From contig CM120642.1 of the NCBI GenBank assembly GCA_051362555.1, positions 25,606,001 to 25,670,000 of the forward strand: a stretch of DNA of 64,000 nt, read 5' to 3'. The stretch is from Lingula anatina. Lineage: Eukaryota > Animalia > Brachiopoda. This document shows positions 1-10,839 of the stretch, in pieces. The position numbers and the translations under genes were made by a program. How positions within the stretch are numbered: position 1 is the stretch's first letter; each line of letters opens with the position of its first letter. A model generated the notes under the pieces. It did not search any database, was not told the origin of the DNA, and worked only from the letters and a program-made list of their open reading frames with translations.

Positions 1-596
1 TTTGCATTTAGTATTTGTTAAGGCCCATATATGCAGACATTGAGAAATTTTTGGAGATACTAAAGGTCGAGAGGAAAGGCACTACGAGAATTCTGCGGGT
101 CCTCCCATATTTCTGTCCTAGCCCACATTAAATATTTTATCTATGTTTTTTTTTTTTTTTTTTTTGAAGAAGAATTGTATCTGTACATAAACTTTGCTTG
201 TCATGAGTACCTATTATCAAAAGTCTTGTAGGACCTCTGGCATTTCAAGCACTCATGACCTGTCAGACTGACAGTTTCTCAATGTCTGCATGTGCAGGCA
301 CACGCACATGCACTCACACACTCTCAAACACACACCACCCAAACTGTTTTGCCCTATAAATCATTATCAGTTCCATTTCCACTACGGCTGCACCGTTCTT
401 TTTTAAGGATGCTACACTCACTATTCACCCTAATATGAAGAGCATGTATGCAAATGTACCAAAGTGTCACTCATTATCTAAAAATTATTCTTAGTAAATG
501 TTAGTTCCTTTTTGATACCACCGCCTTGTCAGTGTTTTTCCCAGTCATGCCGCTTCAATTGCTGGATTTTTTACTTTAAACAAACAACTTTCATGT

Positions 597-2168
597 TCAA
601 AGTACTGGCTGTAGTCTTTGCCTAACTGTCCTTACAACATCTCTGAGATCCGTAGCAAAAGCCTTGTTCATTAAGGTATAGAGGATAGGATTAATAGCAT
701 TATTCAGGTAGAAAGCATGCATCAACAGTACTTTAAAAGCAATGTCAACAAATGTTTTCTCTGGCCAAAAATTTGGGTTTATCAGAGATGCAAATTTTAT
801 TACCCAAAATGGTACCCATGATAATGCAAACACTAGTGTTACTAAGAACAAGACTTTTGCACCCTTGGGGGCTAACTGCTTTGGCTTATCTGGCCAGTTC
901 CAAGCACTTGTTTTTTCATGTTCTTTGGCTGAATTATACCTTTTGCCAACCTTATCATCTAATCTGTCATTAGTTTTAATACTGACTGGGCTGTGACATT
1001 GAGGATGATTGCCATTTTTAATGCTGCTGCTATCCTGCTGATTAGTGCTTTCTTTCATGTTATAATTTTTCTGCTCTGTTGAGGTACCACTTTCTTGCTC
1101 AAGATTAACTATTTTTACATCATCAATAATTTCACAGTTTTCTTCACTCTTGTCATTGAAAAGCTCTGTTTTAGATTGATTTGCAAGGTGGCATTCACAA
1201 CAGACTAAAATCATTAAAGGAGTGTTCTTGTTAAGTTTTCTTGGTTTGTTTATGTCCTCTTCATGTTCACAAACTGTACTAGTAACCTTTTTGGCTTGGG
1301 TTTCTTCCATGGTAACCTCTGTTCTTGCTACAAATCTGGTTGATATGGAGTCAGAGTTTGAAGTTCCAGTGGAATAGCTTGAAGGGATATTTGCACCAAC
1401 ACTTTGTTTTTTAAAATCAACTTTTGTTTTCTGTGATCTTTTAGCCAATGGGCCAGACTTTGTCATAAATGCACTTATACTTCTGATAGGTTCAACTCTT
1501 CTATGACGGTCATGGATTGTTTTGGCAATCACCAAGTAAAGCACTGAAACTGTTACCACGGCAACACAAAACATAACAAGGACAACAGCACCAAACACAC
1601 CCTGACTGAGAGAACCTTGGTAAATGTCACTGTAATCACACAAATATCTTGTCACTGTATGGTTATACTTGCTGTATACTGGCTTCTGTTGCACAGTATG
1701 AACACCATAAAATTTCAGTAGGGGGATACTAAACAGTACCCCCACTGTGACAGCGGCTATGAGCATCCCCTTGGTTCTGTCAAAAGCATTGACAAACTTC
1801 AATGGCTGGCAAACGGCATAATATCTGTCCACTGCAACTGCCACTAGCACCAGTCCTTCTGATAACAAACTGGCGTGTATCAGAAATTCAAATATTTTAC
1901 ATAGAACCACATTGGTCTGGTTGTCCATATTGAAGAGTTTGGAAATTAAATATGGGTGAAGAAAAACACAGGCAAAAAGATCCAAAATGGCCAGAATGAA
2001 CTGGTAGTAGTTTGCAGTACTCTTTTTTCTTTTTAAACTAAAAACAAAGACAACAATCATATTTCCACCAGTACCTATGATGATCAGTGCTACCATGAAT
2101 ATTATTGTAGGTATTAAGGGCAGGAATGGAAAGCCCATTGTCTCTTGCAGATCATGCTCTTGGTCCAT
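597..2168 (-). CDS. Orphan class A (rhodopsin-like) GPCR, peptide-receptor-like, 523 aa, intronless CDS with long third intracellular loop
   Basis: 7 hydrophobic segments; GN in TM1, LAILD in TM2, C before TM3, AVDRY, SWVP in TM6, NPILY in TM7. Probable 5'UTR intron 2350-3227 (minus-strand donor GTAAGT at 3227, polypyrimidine + TAG acceptor at 2350). Confidence 0.93.
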   Translation of the reverse strand: MDQEHDLQETMGFPFLPLIPTIIFMVALIIIGTGGNMIVVFVFSLKRKKSTANYYQFILAILDLFACVFLHPYLISKLFNMDNQTNVVLCKIFEFLIHASLLSEGLVLVAVAVDRYYAVCQPLKFVNAFDRTKGMLIAAVTVGVLFSIPLLKFYGVHTVQQKPVYSKYNHTVTRYLCDYSDIYQGSLSQGVFGAVVLVMFCVAVVTVSVLYLVIAKTIHDRHRRVEPIRSISAFMTKSGPLAKRSQKTKVDFKKQSVGANIPSSYSTGTSNSDSISTRFVARTEVTMEETQAKKVTSTVCEHEEDINKPRKLNKNTPLMILVCCECHLANQSKTELFNDKSEENCEIIDDVKIVNLEQESGTSTEQKNYNMKESTNQQDSSSIKNGNHPQCHSPVSIKTNDRLDDKVGKRYNSAKEHEKTSAWNWPDKPKQLAPKGAKVLFLVTLVFALSWVPFWVIKFASLINPNFWPEKTFVDIAFKVLLMHAFYLNNAINPILYTLMNKAFATDLRDVVRTVRQRLQPVL

Positions 2169-2652
2169 TTTGAGGCAAGCTTAAAAATCACCACTTGTAC
2201 CACTGGTGTCTTCTGTGTCAACCTGAAAGGGCTTGAATGATGTCCCTTATATTTATGCCTGCTATCGCATGCACAGTTCTCCTGCTGACATCTACATAAT
2301 TGCCACAACAGGAAAACTTCATTTCTGTCTTGTGCGGTAAAATAACATTCTAGGGAGAAAAAAAAGTAAATACATCAGTTGATACTAATAATAAAGGTAC
2401 TTGCAAAATATGATTCTAGACAAATTGTAATCTTACACATTATACTTGTCAGTCTTTGAATTTGTAATACTTTAGTTTGCATTATGTCTTTCTTTCAAGA
2501 TTTAGGAAATGTTGTGAACTTTTTTTCAACATTTCTGTGCCTCCTTACTGTAACTTTGTAACATAAATCTCTCTGTCTTTTCATCTGTTTATTTATTTAG
2601 TTGTAATTTAAAGTCATCAAATTTAATGTGTCCATTTAATTGCTATGGATAG

Positions 2653-2819
2653 CAGGCCCGTAGCCAGCAATTTCAAAAGGGGGGTTCGTTTTCTGAAAAA
2701 GTGGACCTTTTCCCATGAAAACTTATGTACCTAGATCAAATTTTACCTAGAGTGGACCTTTTCCCAGCAAAAGGGGCGGTCCTTTCGAACCCCCCGAACC
2801 CCCCCTGGCTACGGGCCTG
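2653..2819. mobile_element. Non-autonomous TIR element (MITE) in the GPCR 5'UTR intron
   Basis: Perfect 15-bp TIR CAGGCCCGTAGCCAG...CTGGCTACGGGCCTG; internal repeat AGTGGACCTTTTCCCA x2; GC-rich island in AT-rich intron. Confidence 0.85.
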
Positions 2820-4191
2820 GTTAGCTTGTTTATGTATTTAGTTCTTTTCTAAATCCTTCTCATTTTAGCTTGTAATAATGGGAGAATGTGCTGTAAGTTA
2901 AACATTCTATTTTGGTCATTACCCATTAAATATAGATGCATTGCATTATAAAGATTATCATATTTTACAATTTTATTTTGCTTCTTCATTTACCAATTCT
3001 TTTTCATAACCTTCATTACAAAACCCATTATCTACTTTACATAATAATGACATTTTGACTATCATTTGCCTTCATGCCCGTGGGAGTTCTAAATTTAGTC
3101 CCATACTGAAAATGCCAATATGTGAAAAATGAAAATTTCATAAAGATTTGGCTTTTTGAATTCCTTTATGAATTAACATATAAAATTCTCATCTAGCATC
3201 TACAATGATACAATAAATTGTACTTACACTTCATCTCTTTGAGCTCCTTGTCTCTTTCACCCAAAGATCCGTCTCACCTGGTCTGGATCTACCGGTCAAA
3301 ATGAGACAAAAAGTGCAATCACTCTGTACTTATACTGGAGTACATGTACACGTGATCCAAATGCAGTTGGCTTTGCGAAAGGATTGCACTTAGCTGATTA
3401 TCCTTTCTTCTTGCCTCACAACACCAGTCCATGTGCATATATTGTGTCCGAGATTGAACTAATTACAAGCATATCACACTAAGTTATCTTGATTCTGTGA
3501 GGAGAATGAAAGAGAAACATGTGCACTGTGCATCTCAGACATTTCGACCCTTAATTGTTGTCCAGTTGTCTGATAGTGAGTTTCAGATTTTAATTATTCT
3601 TTGCAAACTGTGAACATGTCACTGGCCTTATTTCCACATGAATCATTATATCACATCTGTGTTAACTCACAGACAGCATTGCAGGACTTAATATATTTAA
3701 TTTAGTAAGTGTGCAAATTAATAACCCTTCAGCTTTAGTTAGCATTCATTTAGATGTATTTAGGTATTTTTCTTTATTTTGTCCAAAGCCCATTTTGTAC
3801 ACAAGTGACATTTCAGATGTGTATATAGATAAATTGGCTCAAAACATTGAAAAGAAGTAACGTATGACTGCATGACTATTGCTGTTCCACATGCTTTGCT
3901 GTCCAAGTTTAAACAGTGCAGCACTGTATGTGTTTCTACAACTATTTTGCTTTAAATTTGTATTTAAACAAATTTTAATAAAAGTGTTGTTAATGCAACT
4001 GGGTATCATTAAATAAATGACATACTGGTAGGATTGCTTCTGATTCTAGTCCATCTTTCTTGTTTTTTTTTTTTTATTATTATTATTTACAGTGGCATGG
4101 CAGACTTTAATTGTACACATGCTTTTCATCCATATGACATCTCTTCATCCTCAACGCCTATTGAAATCTGTGGACTGTATTTTAGACCAAG

Positions 4192-4415
4192 ACTGGGTTC
4201 CCATACTTAGATCGATCCAACTGGATCGACCTAACTCCCTGGGGGTTCACGCTAAATTGCTATCAGCTCAAGAGGCTTAATAGATGCCTACCGAATCAGC
4301 TGGAGGTAAAGATAATTACCCCCTAACAGTTTTACTAGACCAGTAAATTTGACAGCAATTAAGTAAGACTCCCAAGGGAGATAGATCAATCCAAATATCT
4401 GTGGGAAAGGTCCCC
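4192..4415. mobile_element. Degenerate MITE, same family as 6146-6339, opposite orientation
   Basis: Shares TTCCCATA..TAGATCGATC, GATCGACCTAACTCCCTG and TAATTACCCCCT blocks with the reverse complement of 6146-6339. Confidence 0.6.
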
Positions 4416-6145
4416 AAAGTATGTGGTAATGACAAATAAGTTATTATTCACTTGTCCTCCTTGCAGAATGCAGGCTAGTATTGTATACTGTCAAAAATAC
4501 CTGTACTATATCATTACCTATTAATGATTTAATAATGTTATATGATAAAAGATATTTACAAAAAGGGTTTAACTGTTGACATGATGATATTGTAATCGTA
4601 TTTGGATGGTTTTTGTTATTTTTGATTAATTTATGTTTATATTTTTAAAAGTTATTTTTGTTTTGTTTTTGCAAAATAATGGCCCATAATGGGCCATTGT
4701 GATGCATATTACTGCAAAATTAACTTGCTTAACAGTAATGAAGTCAATATCTGCTTGACTGAAATGACTGGTACTTTTATCAGCTTAATTTTAAGCCTTC
4801 AGGAAGTGACATTTTCCTGAAAGCTGTATACTGTACTGTGGTTTAGTTTATTATACACGTAGTTTAACATTCCATAATGTATGGTGTACAGTTTCAGTTA
4901 GTTGATAGTGTAATTATTGTCTTTGATTTTAGTAAATTTGATAATTATTTAATTGTTTAGAGTTTTCATACTTTTGTGCATGCATTTTGACATGGTACAT
5001 TCCATTAGTGCTTTTAAGCACTAAAACAATATTTTAAAGCATATATGTTAAACCAATATTTTTGTTTTACTTGAAATTCAATTGCTTTGTTAGGAAAAAA
5101 AGGGTTACTTTTGATAGTTGGAAGGATTTTTTTTATTTTTTTTTTCTTTTCTTTCTTCTTTTTTTCTAAATATAATTGGAATGTTTTTTGCTGTTTGGTA
5201 TCTGTAGAAAAGTTTTATTCAATTCTATTTAAATGATTGATATGAATTGATATTTTCAGATAATGTTGAGGAGGTATCAGGATCCTTACGTAATGCAACA
5301 TCCAATGAAGAATTATCAGATGGAGAGATTTTTTGGATCACGTTCTAGCATTAAATTGAACACATGTAGCACATGGTGCACGTGGTGCACGTGATGTCGT
5401 GCACACCCAAAGTAATTTGTTGGGAAGTAGCCAGGACTCTTTGTAGAAGTCAGAAACAAAAATTAAGCCAGTCAGTGAACAGGTAATGAGATAGCTAGAG
5501 TATTTTTAGACATTCTTAGGTTTTACGAAGGTCCTTTCAGTACTGCACATGTCCAGTTTTATATAATGGATACCCAAGTCAAATCAATATAATAATGTTT
5601 GTCATGTTCTAAATTACCTTACTTATTTTCTGCAAAAATTAATATATTTCCTGGAGTCTGGATATTGCTTAATAAACACATTTCACAAAATGTAATCATT
5701 AACTGTATCATTCTCATCTTAAGTGCCACTGTGAGGAGGTACCATGGTACCTACATGAATGATGACTTTGTACATCTTTTGCACAAGATCATCACCAAAT
5801 ATTATGGGCATATTAGCAAGATGAGCTGTTTTTCAAATGAAATGTAAACAAAAGTGCAGCAAAAATTGGAGTAATTACAGACTTTCTATCTACTGTTAGT
5901 ATAAAAAGCCATGCGTTGTTTCTCATCCCTCCAACATGAAGAGTTAGTGCGCATTAGCTATTGTGACCAAACTCATTCTCAATGGCCCCTTATAAAAATT
6001 GTGAAATTGCCCACAATGAATAATGCCATTGGAAGAAGTAATGCAATAATACAAATTATCTCACTGAGAAATATAATGAAAGAGAAGTGAGAATTCTTGC
6101 AGTTTAATGAATAAAAGTGTGTTACAAATTAGGTTTGTGTGACGT

Positions 6146-6339
6146 GGGCGCATTCCCATAGGTTTTAGATCGATCTTTCCCCGTGGGGAGTCTCACTAGA
6201 TTACTGTCAGATGATCCGGCTGAAATGTCCATCCTGCCTACTACAAGCTTCAAGGGGGTAATTAACTTCCGTGCGCGGTCGGCTGACAGGGAGTTAGGTC
6301 GATCTATTAAGATTAATCTAAAACTCTGGGAATGCCCTC
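6146..6339. mobile_element. MITE (GGGCGCATTCCCA...TGGGAATGCCCTC ends); a partial relative lies near 34776-34868
   Basis: Imperfect terminal inverted repeats plus inverted TTTTAGATCGATCT/AGATTAATCTAAAA; several related copies in the window. Confidence 0.6.
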
Positions 6340-6619
6340 TAACATCCTCTCAACCAGAAAGTCACGTAATTCTTACAAGGAGGATTCTTAGGTTTGCATC
6401 CCATATGAGATATGTACCCATACATTTAATAATGTTTTATTTTAAAATGATAATTATGTATAAAAATTGTTCACTTCATTGCAATTCCCCCAGTTTCACG
6501 GAGCAATCTAATGGATTTGGCTGCTGGCCTTCATAAGTCTACATTGCATGATGATTGTTTTTGCATGCAGGCATGAACACTTACATTTTAAATAGTCATG
6601 AAATTGTTTCTTGTAAGGT

Positions 6620-6862
6620 TTTGTTTTCCTCGTGTGTATATAGCAATGTGGGCAACAGTAGATTGTTGTGTGATAAATTGAAAAGAACAGAATTATATTG
6701 AGAAGGCAGACAAGCTGGGTGGAGAATTGAATGTTTATGTCACCTAATTGTGACAGTCGCTTTTATTATCTTTTTAATAAAAGAAATGATGTAATTTAGC
6801 TGATTCAATTGAATAATGTTGAGTAGTTACATTTTCATAATGATTAGGCCAGGAAAATTTGC
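6620..6862 (+). repeat. ~240-bp direct repeat, copy 1 (copy 2 at ~8678-8911)
   Basis: TTGTTTTCCTC..TATAGCAATGTGG..AGATTGTTGTGTGATAAATTG..TTATATTGAGAAGG..ATTAGGCC.GGAAAATTT is colinear in both copies. Confidence 0.85.
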
Positions 6863-7379
6863 ATTAATATATAATTTTCATACATCAAATAGTGAACAGG
6901 TTTCAATCTGCAGCGAGTTTTTCAGATAATTTTTTGCCTTAATCAGTATTGTGGCCTCTTTGCAACCTATTGCATATCTCATCCAGCTACGTGGTAGGTT
7001 TATAGATTTGCATCTTGGGCTATTTAATTGAATAACAATTCTTTCTTATCATAGCAATGAGAAATTGCACAAACAGCAAAACTCATTTAGTATCAAGGAA
7101 TTTTCTAGTAGCAGAAATTATTTATAGTTGAATAAAAGCTATAGATATGAAAACAAAGGGTAAGATTATATAATAATAATAATTTATTAAGATTGCAACC
7201 CAGTGGGTTGAAGTTGTACATAGTATGTTAAGAACACTATAATGATAATAAAATGTTATATATTTGAATGAAACTGAGTTAAAAGACTGCTACTTGAACA
7301 TTAAAATTACTGTACTTAGGATAAAAGACAACTGTTACATTATACTATTGGAAATTTAAAAGTGCAAATGGATTAAAGA

Positions 7380-8020
7380 GTATCAGAATTTATCGGTCTT
7401 AAATTTTGGTACTTTGTATCTATTGTTTGATCTTAAAAGACAATTGGATTGCTTAATTAAATGTGATTCAGTTTGTCAGAGGGTTCAGTTATTATGTGAA
7501 AGAAAGTTTTGTACAGATCTTCCCTTTGTTTATCTAAAGTGCACATATTTGCCAGGTTCAGGGCTTCATCATAGTGTAGATCAGGGAAAATAATCTTCAA
7601 AGCATGACTTTGGACAGTCTCTAAGGCTTCGTTCACATGCAATGTCTATTTTCTAAATTCTATTTTCTATTCGCGCTATCTTATGATCACGGTCTGTGCA
7701 CTGAATATCCCGACGCGTAATTACTGGCAGCACGAGCCAGTTACTTATAGTAACTTATAGTAACTGGCTCGCGCTGCCAGTAATTACGCGGCGGGATATT
7801 CAGTGCACAGACCGTGATCATAAGACATGCCGCAAATAGAAAATAGAATTTAGAAAATAGACATTGCATGTGAACGAAGCCTAAGAGTTTGCATTGCTCT
7901 GTAGTTAGTCCTGCATGGCACACAGGGCAGGCATATTCTAGAATTGAGCGCACAATACTTCGGTAAACTTGAATAAGGTCCGCAAGGCTGAGCTTGGCTC
8001 ACTTCATTTGACGGAGGAAA
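7380..8020 (-). mobile_element. 5'-truncated non-LTR retrotransposon (CR1/L2-group) ORF2 C-terminal fragment, split by a MITE
   Basis: RSILEYACPVCHAGLTTEQCKLL|ETVQSHALKIIFPDLHYDEAL..TLDKQREDL matches the typical post-RT motif RSxLEYAxPVW..LExIQKRALRII..Y.EAL..TL..RR..L. The frame is restored when the 7625-7881 insert plus one TAA is removed. Confidence 0.85.
7625..7881. mobile_element. PIF/Harbinger-type palindromic MITE
   Basis: TIR GGCTTCGTTCACATGCAATGTC; near-perfect ~125-bp arms; TAA target duplication at 7622-7624 and 7882-7884. Confidence 0.92.
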
Positions 8021-8677
8021 TAGAGAAATAGAAATATGAATGTTCTATGATCCTCCTCGTACATGTACATTAAGTTTATCTATATACACTAAATTTTATA
8101 AATGCTATTTTTAACTGGTCCATCATACAGTTTCACCATTTGATTTTTAAAGGACACTATAATAAAGGCTCACCTCCACAGTTTGGCATTTTTTTTAATG
8201 AACATGGTTAACTTTAGCAATGTAATTCTATTTACCCCACTTTCTTACAAAAATTCAATCACAATTTCCACAAATTATGCCACATATTATCTTTTTATGT
8301 ACATGTACAGACAAGTCATATCTGTACACATAGCCATCACCTGCCAATGTCGACTTATGAAGGCCAGCAGTCAAATCCATTAGAGAGGACTGCCTGACAA
8401 TTACTCCACAAAACACGGGAATATTGCAATGAAGTAAAAAATTTTATGCATGATCATTTAAAATAAAACATCATTAAATGTACATATCTCATATGGGATG
8501 CAAAACTTCTCCTTTGAAGCAATTATGTGACTTTCTGGTTGGAATTAAGGTAAGGATGTTACGTACACATCACACAAACCTTATTTTTAATGGATTTATA
8601 TTCATGGGCAGAATTCTTATCTCTTTTTCATTATATTTCTCAGTAAGATACAGTACATATTTGTATTATAGCACCAC

Positions 8678-8911
8678 TTGTTTTCCTCATGTGTGTATAT
8701 ATAGCAATGTGGACAACAGTATATAGATTGTTGTGTGATAAATTGGAAAGAGCGGGATTATATTGAGAAGGAAGACAAGTTGAGTGGAGAACTGAATGTT
8801 TATGTCTCCTCCAGACAGTAACTTTAAATTATTATCCCTCTAATAAAAGATATTATGTTATTTACAATTGAATAATGTTGAGTAATAACACAATTAGGCC
8901 TGGAAAATTTT
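8678..8911 (+). repeat. ~240-bp direct repeat, copy 2
   Basis: Colinear with 6620-6862. Confidence 0.85.
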
Positions 8912-9888
8912 GTTTTGCTGTTTATATTATATATTATATTGCATGAAAATTGACAAAAACCTACTGTGTGTACTGCCACCACAAACACTATGAAAAGTAG
9001 TCTGTGTTATTTATTATTTTCTAACCTACAAGAATCATTATTAGGATTGACATATACTGTTCAAATGGGAAATCAGCTTGAATGGATAATCAGTTCGAGT
9101 GGGAGTTTAGAAGGACTTCACTGAAAACAAATTTTGCAAATGAGACACAATGCATTGGTGATTGGGGAAAATCATTTTTTGTATAATCAACCTTGATCTT
9201 ACATTAATTATGCCTAGAATGCCTGATTGCACTTATTAGCTGTTGTGTAGATGTGTTATTGAAAGGGCAGGTCATCATAAGCTGCACTGTGAGGGTTAAA
9301 TAACTTCAGTTACTTTTGTTGTACAGTGCATTGATCATTACTACAGTGCTTGTCTGGCTTTTTTATTTGACCTAGGTTATTTGACCTAGTTTGATAAGCA
9401 CATGTACTGTTTGAATGAAGCAATGTTGAAGGCCCCATGATAAGAGTTACTTATGATTTCAATGCCATCCAACCCTTAAAATACCGGTCATCTAGCTTCA
9501 ACCAGGTAAGTTTACACTAATATACAAAGACACACAGCAGGCAAACAATATACAATATGTAGAAATATGTTTATACATACAAGAATACTAGTACAAGCAT
9601 GCATGTGTACATGCATGTAGACTTGGTATGAATTCTTACATATAAGAATATAATCATTTTTATTTTAAACATATTTTCATTCCCTTTGAACAGTAGCAGT
9701 GACCTTGAAGTGTAGTGCATATGTTTAATTTAAGTCCATGAAATGTTAAGGACCTATAATTTCAACTACTGTATAAAGAGGCTTATGATAACGAACCCTT
9801 TCTTGACCCAGTCAGAAGAAACTTGGCTAAAGCAAGATAAAACTATAATGTTTTTCAACATGCTTTAGGGCAGTGCTTTGAGAGGGGT

Positions 9889-10203
9889 CATTTTCTGTTC
9901 TAACTTACTGCACATCCCTATACGTCCCCACACCGATACTCCCCTGCAGTATTGATGTGGGGAAGCAATGTTGTTGGGGAGTATTGGTGTGGGGGAGTAA
10001 CGGTGCGCCTACATCGATAATTTTACAGGGGATGTATCGATGTGGGTATCTGTTGGTGCGGGGTTGTATCGATGCCCATAATACAAAAATTTACTAAGTA
10101 AGATTATTGGTGCGGGGGAGTAACAGTGGGGGGGGAGTATCGGTGCGGGGGAGTATCGGTGCGGGGACGTATAGGGATGTGCAGTAAGTTAGAACAGAAA
10201 ATG
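9889..10203. mobile_element. Foldback MITE with ~55-bp inverted termini and internal GGGGAGTATCGGTGCG-type tandem units
   Basis: CATTTTCTGTTCTAACTTACTGCACATCCCTATACGTCCCCACACCGATACTCCCC is inverted at 10148-10203 with 1 mismatch. Confidence 0.85.
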
Positions 10204-10839
10204 TTCAGGGAAGGCTCCATAAAATTTGTCAAATGTTCAGTAAACAAGTTGGTCACAGTTTCAGCATTTTGCTTAATGAAATGTGATTAGATTTGTTATA
10301 TAATGTCCTATGTAAACACTATTTGATTTTCCAATTTTATTCACCAGAATCAATGACGACTGAAATTATAAATAATTTTCTTGTACAAACAGATTAAACA
10401 GCTAGAAGATTATTATACTGAGTATAGAATGCAGAGCTAACAAATAATGTCACATGTGATATAAACATATAAACAGACTGAAAGAAATAAAGTCAGATTT
10501 ACCTCAGATACAAATTAAAGTCTTGTCTAGCTCCTATGAGGAGTAATGAGTGAATCACTACATTGTATGAACAGTGTACTGTATGTGAGTGGAGAGGTCA
10601 CATGTTCACAAGATAATTGCCTACCTGTGCTCTTGGAATGAAACAGCCCTTGGCTACATTTTAATGAGAGCACATGTGTTATTACTGGCTTTACCCAATC
10701 ATTGTTTTCTACTGTGTACAGAAGATATATAATTGTTAACTAAATCAAACATTATCTGTTCATAACTATCAACAGAAACTGCCATATTGTTGTTTTTTTT
10801 TTTTTCAGATCACATCACTCAATTCATTGACAACCCATC

